From NCBI GenBank assembly GCA_048941285.1, contig JBHLNS010000006.1, forward strand, positions 1 through 64,000: DNA of 64,000 nt, in the 5' to 3' direction. Each line of letters begins with the position of its first letter. The stretch's first letter is position 1. The DNA is from Promethearchaeota archaeon (GTDB lineage: Archaea; Asgardarchaeota; Lokiarchaeia; Sigyniarchaeales; SOKP01). The notes below the pieces were generated by a model, which was not told where the DNA came from, did not search any database, and was given only the letters and a program-made list of their open reading frames with translations. Position numbers and translations under genes: made by a program. This document shows, piece after piece, positions 38,834 through 47,843 of this stretch.

Positions 38834-40723
38834 ATAGTTTGGAATAAAGAGATTGCTTACATTGATTTGTCTACTGGTGAAATTACAAAAAAGCAAATTC
38901 CAAAACAGATACGAAAGCAATTTTTAGGTGGTAGAGGGATAAATATGTATCTCTTATATAATCATCTCTCTCCTGGTATTGATCCTTTGAGCCCTGAAAA
39001 TGTATTGCTTATTGGTGCAGGCCTATTGACTGGCATCCCAGCAATGGGAAGCGGAAGGTGTGATATCGCGGCAAAATCGCCTATAACAGGAGCTATTGGA
39101 GATTCAAATATAGGAGGCTTTTTTGCTCCCGAAATGAGAATGGCTGGATTTGATCATCTGGTAATAACTGGAAAAGCTGAGAAACCTAGTTATCTTTGGA
39201 TACACGATGGAGAGATAGAAATATTAGACGCTACACATTTGTGGGGAAAAGATACATTTGAGACACAAGAATTGATTAGGGAAGATCATGGGGACGAAGA
39301 AATCAAATCTTTAGTAATAGGTAAAGCAGGAGAAAATCTTGTCCGTTTTGCTAATATTAGAACTGGTATGAAAAACTCTGCTGGACGGACAGGTATGGGC
39401 TGTGTTATGGGCTCTAAAAATTTAAAGGCTATAGCAGTTCGCGGAACTATGGATATTGAATTCACTCACCCAGAGGATCTATTGACCTATTGTAAAGAAA
39501 TGATCGACAAAGTTATGAAGAATCGATATTCTAGAGCTGCGTCAAAGTGGGGTACTCTAATCATTTATAGTACTACAAATACTACAGGACTAATTCGAAC
39601 AAGAAACTTCCAATTAAATCAGTTAGAACAGGGTTGGGCTATTGAACCTGAAGAAATGGATAAGTATACAATTGGAATGTCAGGCTGCTATGGATGTCCA
39701 GTAAGTTGTCGTCATCGTTATACCATGAAAGAAGGTTCTTTTGCTCCATTTTTTGCTGAAGGTCCAGAATATACTTCTCTAGGAGCGTTTGGAACTATGG
39801 TTGACTGTAAAGAAATGGATACTATTCTTGTAGCAAACCATCTAGTTAACAAGTATGGATTGGATACATTAGAAACTGGGGGGCTTATCGCCTGGGCAAT
39901 GGAATTATACGAGAAGGGCATTATTAACGAAGCTCTGACAAATGGCTTGAAACTTGAATGGGGTAATAAAGATGTTCTTTATGAGTTAATTAGAAAAATA
40001 GCCTATCGGGAAGGTTTTGGCAATATACTTGCTGATGGTTTCAAACTTGCAATACCAAAAATAGGCGAAGAATCTAGATATTATGCTATTGAAGTTAAAG
40101 GTATGAGTAATTTACATTCAGATGAACGTCCCACTCCTAGTCTAGCATTAGGTATTGCTACATCGACAAGGGGTGCAGATCATTTGAGAGGACGTCCAGC
40201 TATTGACCTATATGGGTTGCCAGAAGACTTTTTGGAAGAGATCTATGGAGGAAAAATGTCTTCAGACTATCGAGAATATAAAGGAAAGAGCCGAATGGTA
40301 TGGTGGCAAGAACTATTATACTCAGTTACCGATTCAATTGGCACCTGCAAATTTCAAACAGTTTTTCTAGCTGTTCATGCTCCAAAATGGGAGGAATTTT
40401 CAAAATTAATCTATTTAGCTTCAGGAATGGAGTTTTCAAGCTCTCAGCTCATGGATATTGGCGAAAGAATTTACACTCTAGAAAGAATGTTTAATATTAG
40501 AGAAGGATTTTCAAGAAAAGATGACAGTTTACCTGAAAGATACTTTGAAGAACCAACACCTATAGGATTACCAAGAGTAAAAGGACTTAAAATAGAAAGA
40601 GAAAAATTTGAAAGAATGCTTGATGAGCATTATAATCTTCATGGGTGGGATAAAAAGGGAGTACCTACTGAAGAAACTCTCCGAAGACTTGGAATTGAGA
40701 AGGAACCAACACATATTATCTAA
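38834..40723 (+). CDS. Tungsten aldehyde:ferredoxin oxidoreductase family catalytic subunit; probable ATA start
   Basis: FLGGRG, KSPITG, GR.GMG.VMGSKNLKA, CYGCPVSC, EGPEY, DT.ETG, RGADH. The frame extends upstream of 38867 as (I)VWNKEIAYIDLSTG, with in-frame TAA at 38819. Confidence 0.88.
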   Translation: MVWNKEIAYIDLSTGEITKKQIPKQIRKQFLGGRGINMYLLYNHLSPGIDPLSPENVLLIGAGLLTGIPAMGSGRCDIAAKSPITGAIGDSNIGGFFAPEMRMAGFDHLVITGKAEKPSYLWIHDGEIEILDATHLWGKDTFETQELIREDHGDEEIKSLVIGKAGENLVRFANIRTGMKNSAGRTGMGCVMGSKNLKAIAVRGTMDIEFTHPEDLLTYCKEMIDKVMKNRYSRAASKWGTLIIYSTTNTTGLIRTRNFQLNQLEQGWAIEPEEMDKYTIGMSGCYGCPVSCRHRYTMKEGSFAPFFAEGPEYTSLGAFGTMVDCKEMDTILVANHLVNKYGLDTLETGGLIAWAMELYEKGIINEALTNGLKLEWGNKDVLYELIRKIAYREGFGNILADGFKLAIPKIGEESRYYAIEVKGMSNLHSDERPTPSLALGIATSTRGADHLRGRPAIDLYGLPEDFLEEIYGGKMSSDYREYKGKSRMVWWQELLYSVTDSIGTCKFQTVFLAVHAPKWEEFSKLIYLASGMEFSSSQLMDIGERIYTLERMFNIREGFSRKDDSLPERYFEEPTPIGLPRVKGLKIEREKFERMLDEHYNLHGWDKKGVPTEETLRRLGIEKEPTHII

Positions 40724-40740
40724 GATCGAGGGATAGTAAA

Positions 40741-41229
40741 ATGGCAAAAATATTATTTGTTGACCCAGAAAAATGTACTGGATGTAGGTTATGTGAAAAT
40801 GCATGCTCACTTTTTCATGAGAAAGTTAGTAATCCTTCTCGAGCAAGAATTCATGTCGTAAAATGGGAAAATTCTGGTTTGTATGTCCCTATGGTTTGTC
40901 AACATTGTGAAATACCTATATGTGAGACAGTTTGTCCTATGGGAGCCGTTAGTAGAGATGAAAAGACAGGTGCAGTTATTATTAATAGAGACTTATGTGT
41001 GGGTTGTAAACTCTGTTTAACTTTTTGTCCTCTAGGGGGAATAGGAATTGATAAAAACAGAAAGATTTTAAAATGCGATCTTTGCGAAGGGGATCCCTTA
41101 TGCGTTAGATTTTGCATTCCCAATGCGCTTCAATTTTTAGATGCAAACACCATTAATCTTAAAAAAAGGAGAATTGCAGCAGAAAAGTTGTCAGAATTAA
41201 TGAAAAAGTTATTAGAGGTATCAATCTAG
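40741..41229 (+). CDS. 4x[4Fe-4S] electron-transfer subunit of AOR (AorA/DmsB-like)
   Basis: CTGCRLCENAC, CQHC...CETVCP, CVGCKLCLTFCP, KCDLC...P.CVRFC. Confidence 0.9.
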   Translation: MAKILFVDPEKCTGCRLCENACSLFHEKVSNPSRARIHVVKWENSGLYVPMVCQHCEIPICETVCPMGAVSRDEKTGAVIINRDLCVGCKLCLTFCPLGGIGIDKNRKILKCDLCEGDPLCVRFCIPNALQFLDANTINLKKRRIAAEKLSELMKKLLEVSI

Positions 41230-41259
41230 ATTTTTTACAAAAATTAAAGAGATTTCATT

Positions 41260-42207
41260 ATGAACGAAGAATTTAAAATAGGGATAATTGGCATTGGTCC
41301 AACTGGTGGAATTCTGGCTGCTCATCTCGCTAGGTTTGGACACAATATAATCCTTGTTGACATTAATAAGAGTCATATGGATAAAATAAAAAAGAAAGGA
41401 TTAACATTAACACATCTCAAGGAATTCACTGTTAAATTCCCTAAAGAAAATATCTGTTATTCAATTAATGAATTAGCGGATAAAGATCTAAATACTTTGT
41501 TTATTGCAGTAAAAGCTTCTCATCTTGATACTATTTTGCCTCAAATTAAAAACGTTATAAAACCTAACACAACCATAATTAGTTTACAAAATGGATTTGA
41601 TACAGAAGAACTCATTGCAGAGTATGTAGGAAAAGACAATACATTCCGAATTGTTGTTAATTATGCTGGTAATATTACAGAGAATGGGATTATCCGAATG
41701 TCATTTTTTAATCCCCCCAACTATTTAGGTGTATTATCAACTGACGCTGAAGAAAAAGCTAAGAAATTAGCAGAAGTCATCAATTTAGCGGAATTGGAAA
41801 CTTTATATACTCCAGATATCAAAAAATATGAATGGACAAAATGTATACTTAATACTATAAGTCCTGTTTGTGTCACTACACATACCACGATGAAACAGAC
41901 AATGGGATTCGAAGATACAAGAATAATATGCCGAGAAATATTACGTGAAGGAATTGAAGTTGCACATGCTCGAGGTCTTAATTTTGAACCAGATTTTTTA
42001 GATAAATGTATGAGCTATTTGGATAAAGCAGGACACCACAGAGTTTCAATGGAGGCCGATATTAATGCTGGAAATCCCTCAGAAATAGGATTTCTTAATG
42101 GAAAAATAGTAGAATATGGAGAAATCGAAGGAATACCAACACCTTATAATAAAATATTTGTTTCTTTAATCAAAGGATGTGAATTGCCGCCGATCAATCA
42201 CGAATAA
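41260..42207 (+). CDS. panE: Ketopantoate reductase (PanE/ApbA) family 2-oxoacid reductase
   Basis: GIGPTGG, AVKA, SLQNG, W.K...N, SM..D...G.PSEI..LNG, TPYN. Confidence 0.85.
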   Translation: MNEEFKIGIIGIGPTGGILAAHLARFGHNIILVDINKSHMDKIKKKGLTLTHLKEFTVKFPKENICYSINELADKDLNTLFIAVKASHLDTILPQIKNVIKPNTTIISLQNGFDTEELIAEYVGKDNTFRIVVNYAGNITENGIIRMSFFNPPNYLGVLSTDAEEKAKKLAEVINLAELETLYTPDIKKYEWTKCILNTISPVCVTTHTTMKQTMGFEDTRIICREILREGIEVAHARGLNFEPDFLDKCMSYLDKAGHHRVSMEADINAGNPSEIGFLNGKIVEYGEIEGIPTPYNKIFVSLIKGCELPPINHE

Positions 42208-42228
42208 ATAACATTATTTAACTTAACT

Positions 42229-43017
42229 ATGAGCAATGGAATTTATTTTTTTGGTATCGATGTTGGAACATCCTATGTTAAGTCAGTTCTTATTGATATC
42301 CATAAAGAAATTTTGAGTTCATTTGTTAAACGTACTGGTATGTCAATAGAAAATTCCAGTAAACATTCTTTTCAAAAAGTTATTTCAGATGCAGGCATAT
42401 CCACAACAGCCATAAAATCTATTACAGCTACAGGATATGGAAAAAGTAAAGTTTTATTTGCTAATAATTATAAAACTGAAATAAGCTGCCATGCTAAAGG
42501 AGCATATCACTATTTTCCTAAAAAACTTACAATCATCGATATAGGAGGGCAGGATACTAAAGTTATTAAACTTGATGAACGGGGAAAAATCATACGGTTT
42601 AAAATGAATCGGAAATGTGCTGCAGGAACAGGGGCATTTATTGAAGAAATTGCTTATCGTCTTGATATTCCCCTAAAAGATTTAAATGACCTAGCCGCAA
42701 AGTCTACTTCAAATGTTCCACTTGCTAGTTTTTGTACCGTTTTTGCAAAAACCGAAATTCTTACTCGTATTAAAGATGGAGAAAAAGTAGAAGATTTAAT
42801 AAGAAGCGCGTTTGGTTCGGTAATAAAGAGGATTATTGAAATGACTGAGATTGAAGGCACAGTAGTTATTACAGGGGGTGTTATAGCTTATAACAGCATA
42901 ATTGGAGAAATCTTGAAAACAGAATTAAATGCAGATATTTTAATTCCACCTTGTCCGCAATTTATAGGTGCAATAGGAGCGGCTTTATATGGTTTAGATG
43001 GTCACAATCTTACCTAA
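42229..43017 (+). CDS. Acyl-CoA dehydratase activase (HgdC/FldI-type ATPase)
   Basis: GIDVGT, TGYG, EISCHAKG, DIGGQDTK, MNRKCAAGTG, SFCTVFA. Confidence 0.9.
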   Translation: MSNGIYFFGIDVGTSYVKSVLIDIHKEILSSFVKRTGMSIENSSKHSFQKVISDAGISTTAIKSITATGYGKSKVLFANNYKTEISCHAKGAYHYFPKKLTIIDIGGQDTKVIKLDERGKIIRFKMNRKCAAGTGAFIEEIAYRLDIPLKDLNDLAAKSTSNVPLASFCTVFAKTEILTRIKDGEKVEDLIRSAFGSVIKRIIEMTEIEGTVVITGGVIAYNSIIGEILKTELNADILIPPCPQFIGAIGAALYGLDGHNLT

Positions 43018-43060
43018 TTAGTATTAAAAAAAAGAAGAAATTAAGAAAAATTTAGCAGTT

Positions 43061-43579
43061 CTAACTTATTACTTTACCAAGTTCTTTTCTTGCTTTCTTA
43101 GTCCTCTCATTTGTGATGTAGAAACCGATAAAATATGCGATAATTACAAGAAGGAAAAGACAAATTGCTGATACATAAAACCAACGTCCTCTTTCACCTA
43201 CAACATCCATAATTATCCATTTAAGTAGCCAAGTTGCAAGCCCACCTATTATAACAAATATAATATCAAAAAATGCATTAACAAAAGTATCTCTCCTATT
43301 TTCATATTTTAGTCCTAGTCTCCATAGAACTGTGTTTTCAAAGATTTCCCAAATCACACCCGTAATAAGAACTAATAGTAAGATAAAATACCATGGTATA
43401 AGAGCGGGTCCTATTAATAATTCCCATATAGTTATAATTAGTGAAAATATTGAAAAAGAACCAATACCAAAGGCAATATGGCCCCAACTATAATAATCCC
43501 ATGGTGACCGGCCAACATAATCCTCTAAAAGGCCTATAAAAGGCAAATAATGTTTACTTTCTGATTCTTTATCTGACAT
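43061..43579 (-). CDS. Membrane protein with H...WE..EN...D motif (DUF2585-like)
   Basis: WDYYSWGHIAFG, WEIFEN, DTFVNAFFD; 4 TM. Confidence 0.55.
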   Translation of the reverse strand: MSDKESESKHYLPFIGLLEDYVGRSPWDYYSWGHIAFGIGSFSIFSLIITIWELLIGPALIPWYFILLLVLITGVIWEIFENTVLWRLGLKYENRRDTFVNAFFDIIFVIIGGLATWLLKWIIMDVVGERGRWFYVSAICLFLLVIIAYFIGFYITNERTKKARKELGKVIS

Positions 43580-44174
43580 AATAATTCATTTTTTTTTGGA
43601 TATTTCTAATTAAAGTATGAATTATAAAGAAATAAATGGATTTATAATTGATCCTACTAATCGTTTGGTTAATCTTATTATAATTAATTAAATGTTTTTT
43701 AGTAATTAATTTAAATCTCTATTTTAATATGAATTAAGGTTCCTTAGGTGAATTTTAAAAATTAATAGAGAAACTAACAACCGAGTAAGCTTCTAAATTA
43801 ATTTGTCGGTTCCATTCGAAATTTTAAAACATAATCATTTTTGGGTATTTTAAAAAGATTTTACTCTTATTAAGATCTTAATAAAATTCAAAATTATTTT
43901 TCCTAAAATGAAGAGGAACAAAAATTTTTGAAAAACTTTGGAAAATACTTTTCAAAAAAATCTAATTATTTCGTTTTTCATGAGAGAAAAATTTTGTTTT
44001 TTAATTAAAATTATGGACTTTTTTAGCTTTTATTTTTAAAAAAAGGATGTAATAGAGAAATATAAAAAATATAGTCTCATAATGTTATCATAGCAATTAT
44101 ATTTACGGAATAATGGAACAGAACGTTCATAAGATTCACGAAACATTTATTAAGATGTTTGACTAGATACATAA

Positions 44175-44271
44175 TAGAAAAAAATTAATTTTTTTTCTAG
44201 TAGTGGAATGTAAAAGCCATATTTATTCCTCCACGAATAATAAAAACACATTCCATTACTCCATTTTTTTT
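44175..44271. other. Structured intergenic element (nested hairpins; candidate small RNA or micro-ORF leader)
   Basis: AGTAGTGGAATGT...ACATTCCATTACT stem with an inner TTATTC/GAATAA stem, then a T-run. The minus strand carries GGAGG plus ATG GCT TTT ACA TTC CAC TAC TAG (44197-44220). Confidence 0.4.
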
Positions 44272-44390
44272 CATAAGCAATAATCTTTTTTATATCCTAT
44301 AAATTATTGCTAAGTTTAATTTTGTAAATATAGCTTAATTAACTAATAACATAGTTTTAAGAAACCTTTTATATTTAATACCTCTTCATG

Positions 44391-45584
44391 TTAATCTATA
44401 GCTTTGCTTTTCATAAATTCTTTAATAAGTGCAGGTAGAACTTCATGTAGGTCAGCTACTATCCCATAATGAGCCACATTAAAAATAGGAGCATTTGGAT
44501 CTTTATTAATTGCTACAATAATTTCTGAATTCTGCATTCCAACTAAATGTTGAATCGCTCCGGATATTCCACATGCAATATACAATTTCGGTGAAACAGT
44601 TTTTCCAGTCTGACCTATTTGTCTATCTTGATTAAGCCAATTTAATTCAACAGTCACTCTCGATCCTCCTAACTCAGCACCTAAAATTTCTGCTAATTTT
44701 TCTATTATTTTAAAATTCTCCTTTGAGCCAACTCCTCGCCCTCCTGCTATAATAATATCTGCATCCTCAAGATTTACTTGTTCTTTATGTTTAGTAATAA
44801 CTTTAAGGATTTTAGTAACTGAATCTTTTTGTTTAAAGTCGTAGTCTATCTTTCTTATCTTTACTTTTCTTTTTACGCTTTTTAATGCCTTGAATGTACC
44901 AGGTCTTACAGTTGCCACTTGCGGTCTACTATTTGGAGTCCTTATAGTAGCCATTATATTACCTCCAAAAGTTGGACGTGTTTGTAATAAATTTCGAGTA
45001 TATAAATCAATATCTAAACCTGTACAGTCTGCGGTTAAACCGGCATTAAGCCTTTTAGCCATTCTTGGTGCAAAATCTCTACCCGTTGGAGTTGCACCAA
45101 TTAAAACGATTTCTGGTTTATTTTCTTGTATTAATTCTGTTAGTACTTGAACATACAAATCAGAATAGTAATGTTTCAATATTGGTGATTTTATGTAAAT
45201 TATTTCATCAGCACCATATTGGGTTAAATTCTTCAGTTCTTCATCAATATTAGCAGCAAGAATTATAAGTGATAAACCTACTTCTAGCAAATCTGCTAAT
45301 TCTCTCCCTTTTCCTAACAATTGAAAGGCTACTGGGTGAATTTCATTGTTGTAATGTTCTGCTATGACCCAAACTCCACTATAATCAGAAAGATCCTTCT
45401 TTTCAATAATCTTACTTTCTATTGTGATTGCCTCGACAGGACAGACTTCTATACAGGCACCGCAAAGATTACATTTTTCATTCATAACAGCCTTATTATC
45501 AATTATTTCAATTCCTCCATAGGGACAGTTATCTAAGCAACTAGCACATCCAGTACACAGTTCATCATCAATTATAATGCTCAA
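44391..45584 (-). CDS. etfA: EtfA with N-terminal 2[4Fe-4S] ferredoxin domain
   Basis: CTGCASCLDNCP, CNLCGACIEVCP, TADCT, RPTFGGN, QIGQTG, GISGAIQH. Confidence 0.95.
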   Translation of the reverse strand: MSIIIDDELCTGCASCLDNCPYGGIEIIDNKAVMNEKCNLCGACIEVCPVEAITIESKIIEKKDLSDYSGVWVIAEHYNNEIHPVAFQLLGKGRELADLLEVGLSLIILAANIDEELKNLTQYGADEIIYIKSPILKHYYSDLYVQVLTELIQENKPEIVLIGATPTGRDFAPRMAKRLNAGLTADCTGLDIDLYTRNLLQTRPTFGGNIMATIRTPNSRPQVATVRPGTFKALKSVKRKVKIRKIDYDFKQKDSVTKILKVITKHKEQVNLEDADIIIAGGRGVGSKENFKIIEKLAEILGAELGGSRVTVELNWLNQDRQIGQTGKTVSPKLYIACGISGAIQHLVGMQNSEIIVAINKDPNAPIFNVAHYGIVADLHEVLPALIKEFMKSKAID

Positions 45585-45597
45585 TCTTAAAAACTCC

Positions 45598-46416
45598 TTA
45601 TATTACTTTATCATTCTTTAGATTTCTCAATAATTTTTGTGTAATTTCTTCTATTGTTCCCTCTAAGATAATTCGATCTCCCTTTCTTTCCGGAGTAAAT
45701 ATTTTCCACACTTCTGTCATTGAACCCTTTAAACCTATTTTAGACTCCTCGGCATTAAGCGCTTTTGCATCTAAATATGAGATTTGCTTTTTTTCATATG
45801 CTCCTATTATTCCTAACATGGACGGATATCTTGGTATATTGATCTCCTTCAAAACAGAAATCAAAGCTGGTAATTTAGTTTCGATAATCACGACTTCTTC
45901 TTTTCGAAAAGCTCTTTGAACAATTATGGCATCTTCTTTCAGCTCAAACTTTTGAACATAAGTGATTTGCGGGATCTCTAATTCTTCGGCAATCATAGAT
46001 CCAACTTGAGCTGTATCCCCGTCTATTGCATTAGTGCCACAAATAACAAGGAATTTTTCACAATTTCTAGATTCCTTTAGAATTTTGTTAATTGCTAGGG
46101 ATAAAGTATATGATGTTGCGAGCGTATCCGCACCCGCAAAAAGTCTATCTGTTAATAAATATGCTTGATCTGCACCCATAGCTAAGGCTTCGCGTAAGAT
46201 CTCTTCTGCTTGAGGTGGACCCATACTTATTGTAATTACTTCTGCACCGTACATCTCCTTTATCGATAGAGCTAATTCAATCGCATTTTTATCAAGTGGA
46301 TTTATAATAGATGGTATACCTTCTCTAACTAGGGTATTAGTTTTAGGATCGATCTTAACTTCTGGTACAGCTGGTACTTGTTTAATGCAAACAAAGACTT
46401 GAAATTTTTTTTTCAT
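45598..46416 (-). CDS. etfB: Electron transfer flavoprotein beta subunit
   Basis: CIKQVP, NPLD, AGADTLATS, AIDGDTAQVG; TAATG overlap with the upstream ACAD. Confidence 0.95.
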   Translation of the reverse strand: MKKKFQVFVCIKQVPAVPEVKIDPKTNTLVREGIPSIINPLDKNAIELALSIKEMYGAEVITISMGPPQAEEILREALAMGADQAYLLTDRLFAGADTLATSYTLSLAINKILKESRNCEKFLVICGTNAIDGDTAQVGSMIAEELEIPQITYVQKFELKEDAIIVQRAFRKEEVVIIETKLPALISVLKEINIPRYPSMLGIIGAYEKKQISYLDAKALNAEESKIGLKGSMTEVWKIFTPERKGDRIILEGTIEEITQKLLRNLKNDKVI

Positions 46417-47573
46417 TATTGAATTCCTTTTCGTAATAGATGATTAGCTATTACTAACCTCTGAATTTCAGAAGTACCTTCATAAATTTCTCCCATTTTA
46501 GCATCACGGAAATATCTCTCAACAGGATATGCTTTCATCAGTCCATAGCCTCCATGTATTTGAACTGCATCATGTGCTGCTTGCATTGCAGCTTCAGATG
46601 CCACTAATTTTGCCATCGAACTTGTATACCCATATTCTTTTCCTTTATCACATAAGTATGCAGCTTTATAAGTAATTAAACGACCAGATTCAACCGTACA
46701 TGCCATATTGGAGATCATCCATTGTATTCCTTGAAATCTTCCTATAGGCTGTCCGAATTGAACTCTTTCATTTGCATATTTAATAGAAGCTTCTAATGCT
46801 GCTTGTCCTAACCCCACACATTGAGCAGCTATAGAGATCCTCCCAAAATCTAAGGTTTGCATTGCTAATTTGAATCCTTCTCCTCTCTTACCCAAAATAT
46901 TCTCCTCTGGGACACGAACATCTTGAAAAACCAATTCTGATGTATCTGAACCTCGAACTCCTAATTTATCTTCTTTTACACCAACAGAATAACCAGGAGT
47001 GTCAGTATTAACTATAAAAATTGTTAATTCCTTTCTTTTATTTATTTCTCCAGTTTTTGCTACAACTAATAATGTCTTTGCAATACCTCCATTTGTAGCA
47101 AATATTTTACTTCCATTTAAAATCCATTCATTACCATCCTTTTCTGCTTTTAATTGCACTCCAGCGGCATCAGAACCTGCATTAGCTTCTGTTAAACAAA
47201 AAGCCCCGATTTTTTCTCCTTTAGCTAATGGAACTAAGAATTTTTTCTTTTGTTCTTCAGTTCCAAATCGATAAAGGGGGCTTGCAACAACAGAACAATG
47301 AACTCCTGTGGTGATCGACCAAGAAGCATCCACTCGTCCAATTTCTTCTGTGACGATACAAAAACTTAATGTATCATTATGAAGACCTGCCCCCCCATAC
47401 TCTTCTGGGATACAAGTGCCAAAGTAATTCATTTCTTTCATCTTTTCCATAACTATGGGATCTAATTCTTGCTTATGGTCGCTCTCTTGGGCTACAGGCG
47501 CAATATATTTCTCAGCAAATTCTCGTGTAACTTTCTTTAACATTTTTTGCTTTTCAGTTAAGCTAAAATCCAT
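46416..47573 (-). CDS. Short-chain (Bcd-like) acyl-CoA dehydrogenase
   Basis: LTEANAGSD, NGSKIFATNG, GRISIAAQ, RVQFG, GGYG, EIYEGTSEIQR. Confidence 0.92.
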   Translation of the reverse strand: MDFSLTEKQKMLKKVTREFAEKYIAPVAQESDHKQELDPIVMEKMKEMNYFGTCIPEEYGGAGLHNDTLSFCIVTEEIGRVDASWSITTGVHCSVVASPLYRFGTEEQKKKFLVPLAKGEKIGAFCLTEANAGSDAAGVQLKAEKDGNEWILNGSKIFATNGGIAKTLLVVAKTGEINKRKELTIFIVNTDTPGYSVGVKEDKLGVRGSDTSELVFQDVRVPEENILGKRGEGFKLAMQTLDFGRISIAAQCVGLGQAALEASIKYANERVQFGQPIGRFQGIQWMISNMACTVESGRLITYKAAYLCDKGKEYGYTSSMAKLVASEAAMQAAHDAVQIHGGYGLMKAYPVERYFRDAKMGEIYEGTSEIQRLVIANHLLRKGIQ

Positions 47574-47843
47574 AATAAATCAACAATTTCTTTACTCTTT
47601 TATCTAAATTGTACTTTTGATGTAATCTATTTGAAAAAATTAGTTAATAATCATAATTATATTTTATTAAATTTTTAACACATAGGAGTGAAGGCTACTT
47701 GTTGTTTATTATCTTAACATTAAGTAAGGATATATTTGTACACAATTTTTATATATTAATGAAATTAAACTATATATTAAACTACTTAATTAAATAAATA
47801 AGTTTTTAAGCAAAATTAAAAACAGAACGAATATTGTTTACTC

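Noticed and set aside
38867-40723. AOR as class II benzoyl-CoA reductase (BamB)
   Set aside because: No BamDE/Hdr-like partner genes are adjacent, a class I reductase is present, and the motifs fit general AORs. Only a phylogeny would be decisive.
36548-47838. AACAGAAC octamer in three intergenic regions (about 36548, 44117, 47821)
   Set aside because: Short, not clearly palindromic, and upstream of unrelated genes; compatible with chance.
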